Positions 1 to 12,630 of a DNA stretch of 64,000 bases are shown one piece after another. The stretch is from Octopus sinensis (taxonomy: Eukaryota), in assembly GCF_006345805.1 (NCBI RefSeq), contig NC_042999.1:24490001-24554000 (forward strand), given 5' to 3'. The notes under the pieces are model-generated. The model saw only the letters and a list, made by a program, of their open reading frames with translations. It ran no database searches and had not been told where the DNA came from. Numbering within the stretch: the stretch's first letter is position 1; every line of letters begins with the position of its first letter. A program made the translations under genes and the position numbers.

Positions 1-94
1 GTTTTATAAACACATTCTACCAGTATACGAAGTTTAAAAGTGTTTAGTTACCGAGAAATTATGTTAGAAACTGCCATTCAAACCGAAAAGATCC
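1..94 (-). mobile_element. MITE family A (GGATC termini), partial at window edge
   Basis: Ends in the family TIR ...actgccattcaaaccgaaaagatcc. Confidence 0.8.
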
Positions 95-284
95 CGATAT
101 TTCGATTTTAGTAACATGTTTATTTACAGGGAGATGTTACAATAGTTTCTTTACACAAGTTGTTATGCCGAGAAAAGATGTTGATTTGCGCTTGGAGAGT
201 AGAGAAAGTATATGCTTTGGGCGTGGAGAAAATGTTATGCTCGGTGAGAGATGAGAATAATGTATACTTCGAAAAGGAGTTCTT

Positions 285-688
285 GGATCTTTTCGGTTTG
301 AACGGCAGTTTTTAACATAATTTCTAGGTAACTAAAAAATTTTAAACTTCGTATACTGGTAGAATGTGTTTATAAAACATATTTTTCTCTTGGCTTTATT
401 GAGAAAATTCTATAGTTTGTAAGATATTTGTTGTTTTTTTTTTTTCAATTTCTGCAATTTCAACCAATCAATGATGTCTATTGAGGTAAAAATACATTCT
501 GTGCCGTATGAATATGTGCCTCGTTTAAGAAACAGATTGGGTTTATTTACATTTGTGAAGAAAAATAGATACCTTACCCCTAACCCTAAAACATTGAAAT
601 GCAATAGATCGATACTAGGGTCATAATTATGGGTGACAATTTCATATGACACCACTAGAAAAAACTGCCGTTCAAACCGAAAAGATCC
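285..688 (+). mobile_element. MITE family A, Merlin-like non-autonomous DNA transposon
   Basis: About 29-bp TIR ggatcttttcggtttgaacggcagttttt; flanks gagttctt / aagttctt (8-bp TSD, 1 mismatch). Confidence 0.85.
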
Positions 689-1145
689 AAGTTCTTTTAA
701 CATGAAGTCAGAGTGGCATGACTGCCGGTTGACCAAGAAAATATCTACCATCCCCTAACTTGTACCATCCCACGCATCTTCACTTTATAACCATGATTTG
801 GCGCGAAACCTCATGGGATTTTTCATTTGATCGCGCCACCATTCAAATGCACCAGAACAACGACTGAATGAAATATGGGCCAAGATAACCTGATGGGTCG
901 TGGCCTTCATCCATTGCTGGACTGACAAGGTTTTAAATGCTAAGCTCTGCTGAAATACTTTACACATCTCTTTTCTCTATTTCCTAAATACCAAAGGAAA
1001 CTAGGCCCCTTTTGATCTTACTGATATAATGCTTCAATAAACAGATTAAACATCACATGGTTTATGAACACAAGCTAAAAACATAACAGTATGTAAAAGA
1101 TTTCAACAACGCTATTCAAGGTAAAGTTTACGTGTTTGTGAGAAT

Positions 1146-1555
1146 GGATCTTTTCGGTTTGAACGGCAGTTTTTAAAAAATAATTTCCACGTAACTAAAC
1201 ACTTTTAAACTTCCTATACTGGTAGATTGTGTTTATAAAACATCATTTTCTCTTGGCTTTATTGAGAAAATTCTATAGTTTGTAACATATTTGTTGTTTT
1301 TTTCTTCAATTTCAACCAATCACTGACATCCATTGAGGTAAAAATACATTCTGTGCCGTATGAATATGTCCCTCGTTTAAGAAACAGATTGGGTTTATTT
1401 ACATTTGTGAAGAAAAAAAGATACCCTTCCCCCCATCCCTAACCCTAACCCTAAAACAGATTGAAATGCAATAGATCGATTCTAGGGTCATAATTATGGG
1501 TGACAATTTCATATGACACCGCTAGAAAAAACTGCTGTTCAAACCGAAAAGATCC
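1146..1555 (+). mobile_element. MITE family A
   Basis: Both TIRs present; internal ccctaaccctaa; TSD not matched. Confidence 0.85.
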
Positions 1556-2949
1556 AAATTTTTTTACATAGTGTTATTTGTGTATTACAAAGTCAAGTGA
1601 ATTTTTGTTTTGTATTAATGTGTTACCAGAATTGGCCTAAACTAAAGAGATAAGGCAACTGCGTGATCCATTCCGCTAGGACGTGCCTCGCAGTAAGACT
1701 GTCCAAAAGAGAATAGTTCATATAGAAAAGTGAAGATTATTGAAGTGTCGTTTTGTTCTAGTGTCATCCATGTGTCAGTGGGTCATAGCATTGAAGTAGA
1801 ATTTGTAAGAATAGGGCATTGCCAAAATATTTTTCATTGAACTTAACATATCTCGTATTTTAAGACAGCTAAAAAGAGTCGATTCTGTTCTCTGTTGTCG
1901 CTGCCTGGGTAACTATGTAAAGAGAAAAGTAGACCTAATGGCATTTGTACTCAAAACATAAATGGATACGCCTAAATATGGCATATTTCACACATCACAT
2001 TGTCTTTTTCAGCTACTCATCCCCCTGATTCAAGACATAAATAAATTGTATCATGGCTTTGGGCTTGAAACTTAGGCATAACTTATACAGCTGAAACGTG
2101 TCCTTGTTTACAGGGCAATGTCCTATTATCATGAATTTCGCACCGAACAAAAATAGAATAAGTATAGATTGCATAATCTACATTTTTTCTATTTTCGTTC
2201 TTTTTATATCATACTAGCAAACGCACCCGTCCTTTGGACGGTTTAAGTTGCTTTGGTGGTATTTTTTCCACCAAATAATTGAACTACCGAGAAGGTTTAT
2301 GAATAACACTGCAATCTATGTTTTCGATTAACCTAGGAACAGAAAACCAAACTGAAGGCTGGTTATTGTGGAGGTTGTTGCACTTTAATGATCATAGAAC
2401 ATATAAGAATCCAAGTGATGCAAAGCAGAGCTATTGAAGTGTTTTGGGAGTAGATTACAGATAATGATTACAAAATATAGTTCTTTTACATGAAAGCAAA
2501 ATTTCTTGTAAGAAACAGTCACATAAATGGTGTAAAGAAATTGAAGGAAGACGTTGAAACTTCCCCTTTGTTAGTTTATTTTATTCAACAGCAAAGGGAG
2601 CTATTTTTTCAGAGAGAAGTATGATTGGTACATTCAAAAGTGGCAATATAATACCTAGTTGAAAAACTAGAGTTAAAGGAATGTATTTGCTATGTGTTTA
2701 CAGCGTACGACCACTTTGAAATTGACTTCAGGTAATGAAGACGTGAAGAGTTTGACTTCAGTTCACGAATACTACTTTGAATCTTCAGCACTTCGCAGTG
2801 AAAATATATGGATGAGTAAATAAGCATCCTTAAAGTGAAATAACGCATTGGTGGGTAAACAAAGGGTGTCAACAAATAGAAGAAGAGGAAAAGATCCGTG
2901 TTTATTCGTTTCTTGCCTGATTTCTTTTGGATTTGTATCGTTGTGTATT

Positions 2950-3200
2950 TTACTCTTTTACTCTTTTAGTTGTTTCAGTCATTTGACTGTGGCCATGCTG
3001 GAGCACTGCCTTTAATCAGGCAAATCGATCCCAGGGCTTATTCTTTGTAGGCCTAGTACTTATTCTCTTGGTCTCTTTTTAGCTGTTACGGGGATGTAAA
3101 CACACCAGCATCGGTTGTCAAGCGATGTTGGGGGGACAAACACAGACACACGAGCATATATATATTTATATACACATACATATATACGACGGGCTTCTTT
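2950..3200 (-). mobile_element. SINE family 1, 3' half
   Basis: Shares ...gactgtggccatgctggagcac...ttattctttgtag... with about 12 other copies. Confidence 0.8.
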
Positions 3201-3209
3201 CAGTTTCCG

Positions 3210-4056
3210 TGTATGCTTCATTTTTTTTTTTTTTTCGGTTGTCATTTCCCATCTCATGTACATTTATTGTGCCGACTGCCAAGAATTCCCCTTCTGGGAT
3301 GTCTACCTGTTGTTGGGCATGTACGTCTTTTTGTCTTCTCTTTTCACTCCTCTTTGGGGCTTGTATTTGTGAGATTTTGTTAATCTACACATTTTTTCTG
3401 GTGGTTGGGGTTTCTGGTCATTGAACTCACGCTCTGCACCACAGTACTGGCATGTTCTCTGCTTGTGGATATGTTTCATCCTATGTCTAGAGATATCTAC
3501 ACTATTGCCCATTGTATTTGCTTGAAAGGTAAGTGAGGCCATTTGTTTTGTAGTAGCTTCAAATGCTCTCGCAATGTTTACTGCTTCTATCAACTGGAGA
3601 GCTTTCTTACCTATGAAGGTTTTTTTAACTTCTTGGTGAGCACCCCACCCCCCACCATATGAGTTGATCAACAATCCTTTTGTCCTTATCTTTGAATCTG
3701 CATTTCTCGGCAACATTCTTTAGAATAGACAGGAAGTTATCAATCGTTTCTTGTGGGTCTTGTTTTATGCCCTGGAATTCGTACCTATGAATTCTGTGGC
3801 TTGATCTGGGCTCTAGGTGTCTTTCAAATTTCCCTAAAAGTGTGTCTGGATTACTGCAATCCGATTCTGACATGTTCCAACTATTGAATAGGTCTAAACC
3901 CTTCTCTCCCGTCCATAAAAGGATGTAGCTTACCTTTTCGTCAGCGGTTGTACCTTTCCGGAAGCTTTTGAAAATCAACTGACTTTTCTGTTTGAATTTC
4001 TCGAACGCTTCCGCGACATCATCAGCGTTCAAGTTCATGGTCGGATGTAGATTCAT
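3210..4056 (-). mobile_element. Ty3/Gypsy-type gag relic (frameshifted, truncated at the zinc knuckle)
   Basis: ORFs 4056-3625 and 3716-3303 give ...EKGLDLFNSW...FERHLEP...QETIDNF...IVDQLIW / AVNIARAFEAT...CQYCG, typical retrotransposon gag. Confidence 0.75.
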
Positions 4057-4199
4057 CTGTACGGCGACGGGGCCCGCCCTTTCGGATACTCATGTGTGTC
4101 CGAAGACGAAGCGATATTCACTTTGTAGGGATATGACCGTACGTAAAAGAGTTGGTGACAGAAATGTCTCCTTTTTAACGCCGCACGGTCGTCCCACAG

Positions 4200-5160
4200 A
4201 ATAAGAAGCCAAAATACATGGTATAAAGAATAAGTGCCAAAAGGAATAATGAAGACGACAACCGTTCTGCTGTTTGAAAGAAAGATAGACTTTATTTACA
4301 GTAGTGTACAATAGGATAAAGTATGGGTGCTAGCGGAGTGGAGTGCCTGAGTGCGTACGACAAGTGTTTGTGTCTGTGAGTTCGTGTGTGCGATAGAAGT
4401 ACAAGCAAGGTATATGCATGTGAAACAGAATACAATACAGAGCATAGAATGAGTCTCTCAGGATATTTCAGACAAGATGGAGTTAATTTACCAGTTCGTA
4501 GTAAGGTTACACAATAGTTGTAGTCCTGTAAAAGAGGTTGAGGTCACGAGGCAGTACCAGTTACTACACGTGCAGAAGTTGTGGTTATTATGCCGTGCCG
4601 GGTTACTTGATACAGGAATCTCGCTGGTAGACTGGAGCTGTTCACCTTGGTGAATATTCACAACAGCGTGGAGTTTAAACCTGAGCGAGTTGCTGTGTAC
4701 GTATTGGTGTTGCTGGAGATGAAGCCGACGGAGATGGAGACGTCCTGTGTTGCTGGTGTATGTTAGCGTCGTTGTCGGTTGGAGCAGGAACATGGCTGGC
4801 TGGCTGGTCGTCGCTGTTTGTCACTGGAACTGGCTGAGTCGCTCTGTGGTCAGAGGTTAGTCCTGAGAAGGACTGGAACCTAAGACCGGTGTTGCTGGAA
4901 CATGGTTGAGTCGCTCTGTGGTCAGAGGTTAGTCCTTGGAAGGACTAGAACCAAAGACGAGAAATAGTGAAATGTAGCAGTCCATTGGGGGACGATGCTA
5001 CTGTTGTTTATAGCCCCAGGAGGACATCTCCTCCAGCTGGCAAATAACACACTGCCTGTGTCTGCTTAGTAGCTTAGTATTTGCGAAGGGAAATCATCGT
5101 TTCTATCTCTAGCCTTACGGGATACACACAGACCCGGGTTTCTAGGTAGTAACCCGTCAG
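4200..5160 (-). mobile_element. LTR-like region upstream of the gag relic
   Basis: Minus-strand TATA-like ctataaac near 5010 and AATAAA near 4290; internal about 57-bp duplication; homologous to 63665-64000. Confidence 0.55.
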
Positions 5161-5161
5161 T

Positions 5162-5165
<4 letters not shown>

Positions 5166-5196
<31 letters not shown>
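5166..5196. repeat. (TA)n microsatellite
   Basis: Direct reading. Confidence 0.95.
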
Positions 5197-5197
<1 letters not shown>

Positions 5198-5479
5198 TAT
5201 CACAGTGTGTGATATATTGATGTATATTCAATATTATCTGGGTAATAACCTCATGACATGCATTTAAAAGCTTCTATACTGTTGTCAGCTATTATATACC
5301 ATCATGCAGCAAAGTTATTTCCTGAGCTGGAGCAAATCTACCCAATGAAGTTCCGGCACATAGTTGTTGCTGAATCATATTATTTATGTAATTATTCATA
5401 CAATTCTTTTTGTGTTATGTATGAGAATGAAAGCTCAGCAACGTAAAGCTGGTGACGCAGCACAGAAACAAATGTTGCA

Positions 5480-5720
5480 ATTTCTTAGCAAAGCCTGTTT
5501 TTTTTTTCCATCTTCCTGTTGTTTAGCAGGTATTGCTTGGGTGATACAATACGGCATTCGAAGGCCATCTGCACTGATCTCAGGCCTCTACCGCCTTCAT
5601 TTCTTCTTAAGTAGAGCCGGTCAACATCCCTGATTCTGTGGAAGTTCCCAGTTGTTGTCAGGATTTTGCGAGTTTTGAGTGGATTTCCTCTGCGGACCAA
5701 TCAAGTATCCCAAATGTTGG
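5480..5720 (-). mobile_element. Non-LTR retrotransposon fragment (R4/Dong/NeSL-like post-RT region)
   Basis: HRIRDVDRLYLRRNEGGRGLRSV motif. Confidence 0.6.
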
Positions 5721-5829
5721 GATCAGTACTGGTACTGCAAATGCACTTTGGGATATTGTTTTGTTGTAAGAGGAGAGTTCCGGCTGCCATATTTTCCTAA
5801 CTCTGGTGTAATATTCTCGGGTCACTCTT

Positions 5830-6344
5830 TACCGTAAATCCATGAGTATAATCCGCATTTTCCCCCAAAATTTAAAGGTCAAAATCTCTAGTGCGTAATA
5901 TATACGAGGTTAAAAATGAAAAATATTTTCTAAGCAATGTTCGAGTCTCTATTTGCTGTCCGGCAATTTTTATTCAGATGCATTTTGTGATGTCGGGCGC
6001 AAAAATACCTTAAGCTAAGCCCGAAAGCAATGAAGTCATAAAAGAATCATCCATAACTTGCAGTAAGCAACATTTATTAAACGTTATTACTGTTATTACT
6101 TTATTTTCTACAAACAAAAGGCACGAAAAAAAGCTATACGTTTGCATTGTTATATAAACAATAATAATAAAGGACGTTACCCTATACATTTTTACAAACC
6201 AAGGACGTTATATAGACCTCCTTGATTCAAGTTAGAGAAGGGGGGCGTATTATACACAAGGTTTAAGTTTTTCAGAGGTACAGCCCCCTAAAAATCCCCT
6301 GCGTATTATACTCAAGGGCGGACTATACTCGAGGATTTACGATA
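5830..6344. mobile_element. pogo/Tigger-like MITE
   Basis: TIRs taccgtaaatccatgagtata / tatactcgaggatttacgata. Confidence 0.7.
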
Positions 6345-6689
6345 TTCACAGTGCCTTCATATTATGCATTTTCGTCTATGCCTAGGTACTTGTAACATTC
6401 TTTGTGTGGAGCGAAGGAGATAGAGAGACCGTTGATGCACAGGTTTTGGGTTTGGGGGACTGACTTTCATCATTCTATAAGCAAATATGAACATTTCTTT
6501 TGGTCAAATTCCATGCCCGGATCAGCTGAAAATGTTATTAATCTCAGCTGTGACAAGGGAGATAACCCGTCATCGACATATTGCGTGTGGTGAAAGACAA
6601 GAAAAATATATTTAAATCAAGAAAATGGGTAATCCATATTCTATTCATAGTTTTGTATCTAGTCTTGAATTGGTTTATATTAAGATTAG

Positions 6690-7035
6690 GGACCTTTTCG
6701 GTTTGAACGGCAGTTTTTAACATAATTTCTAGGTAACTAAAAAAATTTAAACTTCGTATACTGGTAGAATGTGTTTATAAAACATCTTTTTCTCTTGGCT
6801 TTATTGAGAAAATTCTATAGTTTGTAAGATATTTCTTTTTTTTTTTTCTTCAATTTCTGCAATTTCAACCATTCACTGACGTCTATTGAGGTAAAAAAAA
6901 AAAACATTCTGTGTCGCATGAATATGTCCCTTGTTTAAGAAACAGATTGGGTTTATTTACATTTGTGAAGAAAAAAGATACCCTTCCCCCACCCCTAATC
7001 CTAACCCTAACACAGATTGAAATGCAATAGATCGA
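6690..7035 (+). mobile_element. MITE family A, 3' truncated
   Basis: Left TIR and body match 285-688; breaks off after gcaatagatcgat. Confidence 0.8.
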
Positions 7036-7099
7036 TGATTTAAGTTAACCAGGGCCCCACTCCTGTCACCCTTTCTATGGTGGATTGTATGAGGGGGAG

Positions 7100-7480
7100 G
7101 CTGGAGTGGGTAGATCTGCTCGGGATGGGGCATGTTAATCGACAGCTTTTAGGACCGCAGTCAAGTGGCGATGCTCCATCCTGTCGACTGCTCTGAGCTG
7201 ACCCAAATCTACGAGCTCTCCACTAAAGCCAGATCTATTTCCGATCCGCTCTATGATGCATTGCATGGAGTGGAAACTGTCACGTTTTAGAGGTCTGCCA
7301 GAGATCATACAATCTGACTACACTTTCAATTAAAAGCACTAGCCTCTTAACGAGCACCTTTGCCAAAATATTTAACTTTGTGTTGAGTGGAGTTATGGGT
7401 ATGAAGTTTTCTATCACGTCCCCGTTGTTCGAACCCTTCCTCGGCAACATCATCACTCTCCGGCTCACTGAACTGTGAAT
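7100..7480 (-). mobile_element. Tx1/L1-like reverse transcriptase fragment
   Basis: FIPITPLNTKLNILAKVLVKRL and ...RAVDRMEH...L resemble RT domains 1-3 (RPITLLN..KILAK.LA.RL; KAFDRVDH). Confidence 0.6.
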
Positions 7481-7944
7481 GCTCCCAGTCTGCTGCCGGC
7501 TTCAGTAGATGGCTGCTAAGACAGGGGCAGCGAACAAGTCTGGCATTGCAAAATGTAGCTCATAGCTTTGATATAACTACCGAATTCTACTCGAATTTTA
7601 CTTTTTAGTGAGATTTACCACGTGCTATAGATAACAGCGCATATCAATTCTCACTTAATTTACTTTAATAATCCCATTCCTGAAAATAATTTCAGGCAGA
7701 GAAGTTGTATTCAATTTCCAGTACCTAGGATCCTATTTTATTAATCAGGTCTCAGCATGTTTTGAATTTGTGATCTGTGTAGCTAACTACTAGAAACTAT
7801 GAACAACTTACACTCCCTCTATCGATTAATTTAACGGAAACTTTAAACTGTCTCAATGACTCACTGAGATTTGTTGAAGTCGATAATTGTGTTTTGTTTT
7901 CCTTCGAGATAAAATCCAGCAATAAATGCCTTTCTCACACGAGC

Positions 7945-7975
7945 GCACTCACACACACACACACACACACACACC
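7945..7975. repeat. (CA)n microsatellite
   Basis: Direct reading. Confidence 0.95.
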
Positions 7976-8384
7976 TATACGATCGTGAGGTTTCGGTTTC
8001 GATCCCACAGCGTGGAATTTGAAGCAAGTGTCCTAGTGATCCTGCTTGTTTGTGAAATTTCCACCCACTTTTAATTCACCAAGTTAATGAATTCTCTGTC
8101 CTGTTGATTGAACAATTAGAAAAGTCATTGTCGACTTTTCTAAATGTTTGATCAATGGAACCCAAGTGGAATTGATAGGAAATCAATAGGAAAGTAGTGC
8201 ACAGTCACGCGCATCTTTAACGTTATTCTTCAGCGAGAATCGACAAAGCAGTGAATGGAAACCAAAAACCTCATGATCGCATGTGTGTGTGTGGGGGGGG
8301 GGAGCATGCCTGTGTGCGTGTATGTGTGCACGCGCCTATGGAGGCTATTGGAGGAAATTACAGTCATAATCAGACGTTTTCAAA

Positions 8385-9725
8385 ATGAGTGTTGATCAGA
8401 CCCATATCAGACACTGCACGCTGTATGGATTCAAAGGTGGTTCTTCGGCAATGGAAGTGGCAAGAAATATTCGTTCCGTCTACGGAAATGAAGCGTTAAG
8501 TGTCTGGATATACCAAGGCTGGTTTGATTAGTTTCACCTGGGAATATTTTCCCTCGCAGATTCCCCCTCTACCTTGACAACCATTTTCTGTCAATATTAA
8601 GCTTCTGAGAACGAAGAACTGGCAAAATGCTTAGTGGCACTTTGTCTGCCTTTACGTTTTGAGTTCAAATGCTGCCGAAGCTGACTTTGCTTTTTATCCC
8701 TACAGGTCGACAAAAAGAGTACCATTTGAATACTGGGATGTACTTGCATAGCACGTGACCTGATCTGAGATCGTGTACCGAAACGAAAACAATTGCAGCG
8801 TGGAAGGTGTTTATAAGCCATTTAAGAAACACACAAAATCCGTTAGATTCACTTCAACATTTAAATTCAATTTGTCAAAATATTTTCGTTGCTTTGAAAC
8901 CGTGACCTGTTTACTAAAAAAAATTCCGTGCTGTATCTCATTGTGTTCATTTGAATATTGGAGTCGATGTAATCGACTTACCCCCTCTCCTGAAATTGCT
9001 GGCTTTGTGCCAAAATTTGAAACCAATATTAAGCTTTTGAAAGCCGTAGATCAGGAAATTCCAAAGCAAACTGCACAAGTATTAGCAAATCAGTTCAATT
9101 CACTTCACACCTTCATGAACTTAGAAAAATATCTAAAATTGGTCAGAATGTCAGTTGTTGTTTGAATACTCCTCAGCTTAATCAAAGAGTTGCCCTCTAT
9201 TTGTCATTGAAAGTTGACTTGCTACGAAACCCTTTTGTGGGTAGAAACATTACAAGTGAAAAGTGGGTTCTCTATAACCATATCCAACGAAAACGACAGT
9301 GGTTAGCATCATTGAAAAAGGAGAATCCATCCCCAGCAAAAAACTATTCTCTGTGTTTTGTGGGATAGGATATCCTCTATCATGAAATATTAAACCAAAA
9401 TGAAACAGTAAATGCAGAAAACTATTCTCGTCAATTGGAAGCTTTGCACAAAACTTTACAGAAAAAGCGTCTACCATCAATTGCAAATGGATGTTGTTCT
9501 TACATTGTAATAAAACTACATATTGCTCAAGTCACTTGAGAAAAGATTATGGCTCTAAATAAACAAGTTATCCTCCTTACTCTCCTGACCTTGCTCCATT
9601 TGTTTATCATCTTTTCAGGTTATTGCTAGATTATTTGGAGGGAAAACAGTTTATCAGTTGTGAAGCGGTTGAAAATGATACAGAGTGTTTCTTTAATTCG
9701 AAACCAGAAGAGTTTACTCCCGATG
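8385..9725 (+). mobile_element. Decayed mariner (Mos1-like) transposase with a SINE-2 fragment inserted at about 8600-8760
   Basis: MSVDQTHIRHC..Y.F HTH start; ITSEKWVLYNHIQRKRQW (TGDEKW motif); ETVNAENYSRQL; YSPDLAP; stops and frameshifts. Confidence 0.75.
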
Positions 9726-9877
9726 AGTCAACAATTTGCCAAACAGATAGTGTAGTGGAGTTCATTTCGGACCTTCTGCCTAGAGTAGAAAAGAATATTA
9801 TGGGAAATCTGTCGATGTAGGTTCGAATCTACTCTATACCTAAGGCCCGAAATTTTGGGAGGTGGGGGGGGGGGGGG

Positions 9878-10046
9878 AACAGTCGATTGCATCGACCCCA
9901 GTACGCAACTGGTACTTAATTTATCAATCCTGAAAGGATGAAAGGCAAAGTCGACCTCGGCGGAATTTGAATTCAAAAAGTAAAGACAGACGAGGTACCG
10001 TATGCATTTCGCCCGGCGTGCTAACGTTTCTACCAGTTCACCGCCT
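9878..10046 (-). mobile_element. SINE family 2
   Basis: Matches consensus ...gaaaggcaaagtcgacctcggcggaatttgaa... Confidence 0.8.
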
Positions 10047-10786
10047 TTGTTTTCCTATATTTCAACAGTACTTTTCTCACAGAAGAAACAATAGTGACAG
10101 CAAATTACATTTAGTGTATGTCTTGACTACTTAACCTTTGTAACCTCTTCTATTTCACCAAAAGTTGAACTGGGATAACAGGCGCCCAACGAAATCTATT
10201 GTTCTCAACAATATGTCTCTCCTTCTGGCTGGTTTTGCATGGTTATAAATACTAAAACTTCATAAGCCAAAATCAGTTAGTGAACGGAGACAACTAGAGA
10301 TGGCCACAGGCAGACAGCCACTTGAGATAAACGGCCAAAGGAAGAAAAGAAGTTACAATCAGCGACTATGAAAGTTTTACAACTTTCCTCGACTCTCTAA
10401 CTCTCACTAGCTCGCTTTCTTTTCTCTGCAACATCACTTGTCTCTATCGACTTGATGGAACATGTATCAGAAAGGTAGTAATTCTTTTTAGACAGGGCAG
10501 CGAGTTCTTTTTAAACCGGGTTCACCAAATGTAACGGTTGGTTAAGGTGGAGTCAAGGGTCACCAGTAGAGGCAGTTATTCATTTTGAGTTGTTATATCG
10601 ATGATGTTGATGTTGCCGTTGTGCAAGATGAAAGACGAAGAACAGTGGATGAAGTTAATCTTGACTCCAAATTTATTTACCGTTACTTTTATATCATACT
10701 GCGACGGGCAGGTGTGTGATATAAAGTGGAAAAGCTTGCGAGGTAAAGAGAGTAAATTTTGACCTGTATATTTGTGTACAGGTTCT

Positions 10787-10810
10787 CGTAGTAGTAGTAG
10801 TAGTAGTAGT
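10787..10810. repeat. (GTA)n microsatellite
   Basis: Direct reading. Confidence 0.9.
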
Positions 10811-11001
10811 AAAAAGATTGAGACAGAGTGATGCTGCCGAGAAAAGTGTGGGATGACGTCAGCAGCTGGGTGCGTTGACCGGAAGCTGGGGCAACTGGAA
10901 GGGGAAACCGTCAGGCGTGCGTAGGCAGCGGTCAATTGGGCTTTTCCAACGTGGGTCGTCCAGGTGACAAGACGTGTGAGGACGGTCGCTAAGGGTTTGG
11001 G

Positions 11002-11264
11002 TGAGCAGCTGCTATCTTTAGTGTTCGGGTCGGGGCTGTGTCGAAGGATTAGTTACCATAGAAGGGTCTCCGTCACGAGGAAGAGAAGGTAGGTGCCTTT
11101 ATATTCGAATCGTGCACACATCAATGTCGCCGAAATAGCTTGTGGTGTGTGCACGTTTTGAATATAAAGGCACCTAAATTCTCTTCCTCGCGATGGAGAC
11201 CCTTCTGTGGTAACTAATCCTTCGACACAGCCCTGACCCGAACACTAAAGATAGCAGCTGCTCA
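11002..11264. repeat. Fold-back inverted repeat, about 119-bp arms, 25-bp loop
   Basis: 11002-11120 is the reverse complement of 11146-11264 with few mismatches. Confidence 0.9.
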
Positions 11265-11488
11265 AATCGTGCACACACCACAAAAAGAAAGTAAGCTGCT
11301 GAAAGTTAGAGATTCGAGGAAAGTTGTAAGTCCCATAGTAGCTAATTGTAACTTTCTTTCTCTCTCTGGCCATTTGTATCAAGTGGCTGTCTGCCTGTGG
11401 TTAATTTCTAGTTGTCTCTGTTCACTAACTGATTTTGGAAAATGGAGTTCTAGTATTTATAATCATGCAAAACCAGTCAGAAGGAGAG

Positions 11489-11656
11489 ACAGGAGTGGCT
11501 GTGTGGTAAGTAGCTTGCTTACCAACCACATGGTTCCGGGTTCAGTCCCACTGCGTGGCATCTTGGGCAAGTGTCTTCTGCTATAGCCCCAGGCTGACCA
11601 ATGCCTTATGAGTGGATTTGGTAGACGGAAACTGAAAGAAGCCTGTCGTATATATG

Positions 11657-11691
<35 letters not shown>

Positions 11692-11903
11692 TTGTGTGTC
11701 TGTGTTTGTCCAACTAGCATTGCTTGACAACCGATGCTGGTGTGTTTACGTCCCCGTCACTTAGCGGTTCGGCAAAAGAAGACCGATAGAATAAGTACTG
11801 GGCTTACAAAGAATAAGTCCCGGGGTCGATTTGCTCGACTAAAGGCGGTGCTCCAGCATGGCCGCAGTCAAATGACTGAAACAAGTAAAAGAGTAAAAGA
11901 GTA
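11489..11903 (+). mobile_element. SINE family 1 (tRNA-like head, central (TA)n(TG)n, gtaaaaga tail)
   Basis: gtggctgtgtggtaag (A box) ... ggttcagtccc (B box) ... aaacaagtaaaagagtaaaagag. Confidence 0.88.
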
Positions 11904-12029
11904 TATTGTTGAGAACAATAGATTTCGTTACGCGTCTGTTATCCCAATTCAACTTTTGGTGAAATGGAAGAAGTCACAAGGGTTAAGTAGTAAAGATATT
12001 GGTTGAAATATCCTTTCTGAATCTCTGGG

Positions 12030-12230
12030 CCCCCTCCCTTCAGTCATGCGGCCCGGTGTCCAGAGGGTGAGCTGATTCGCGATGTCCTCCTCCCGCCTCC
12101 ACATCCCAATGGTGCAAACGCACAGGCGGGCAGCTGAAGACGTGGGCAACGACGATGAAGGAGGACCTCTCCGATCTCTCAGGTCTGCAGGCTAAGCAAA
12201 AGTATATGCTAACCGTAACTTGCTGTCAGT
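12030..12230 (+). mobile_element. RTE-like LINE C-terminal fragment
   Basis: GHAARCPEGELIRDVLLP...GGQLKTWATTMKEDL; same family as 29998-30519. Confidence 0.55.
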
Positions 12231-12444
12231 ATTGTTTCTTCTGTGAGAAAAGTGCTGTTGAAATATTATGGGAAATCTGTCGATTCAGGTTCGAATCTAC
12301 TCTATGCTTATATGAAGTCCACTACAGATGGTATTATGTTATCAATAATAAATTAAAGAGGGGAAATAATGACTTGATTAAATATATCAATTAAGACCAA
12401 TTAAGGATTTGTTTCTTTCCCATCTTGAAATGCGACAGGACTTT

Positions 12445-12630
12445 CATGTGTGTATGTATGTATGTATGTATATATGTATGTATGTATGTATGTATGTGTG
12501 TGTGTATGTGTGTGTATGTATGTATGTATGTATGTATGTATGTGTGTGTGTATGTATGTATGTATGTATGAATGTATGTATGTGTGCATATATAAATATG
12601 TGTGTGTATATATATATTCTGTGTGTGCAT
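12445..12630. repeat. (TATG)n/(TG)n compound microsatellite
   Basis: Direct reading; generates the spurious HTYI/MYVC ORFs. Confidence 0.95.

Noticed and set aside
3115-3424. Recurrent short ORFs (MSSDVGG.., MLGGQTQT.., [10 protein letters not shown].., MDGSTGVWEA..)
   Set aside because: They recur wherever SINE families 1, 3 or 4 occur and are incidental frames of the repeats.
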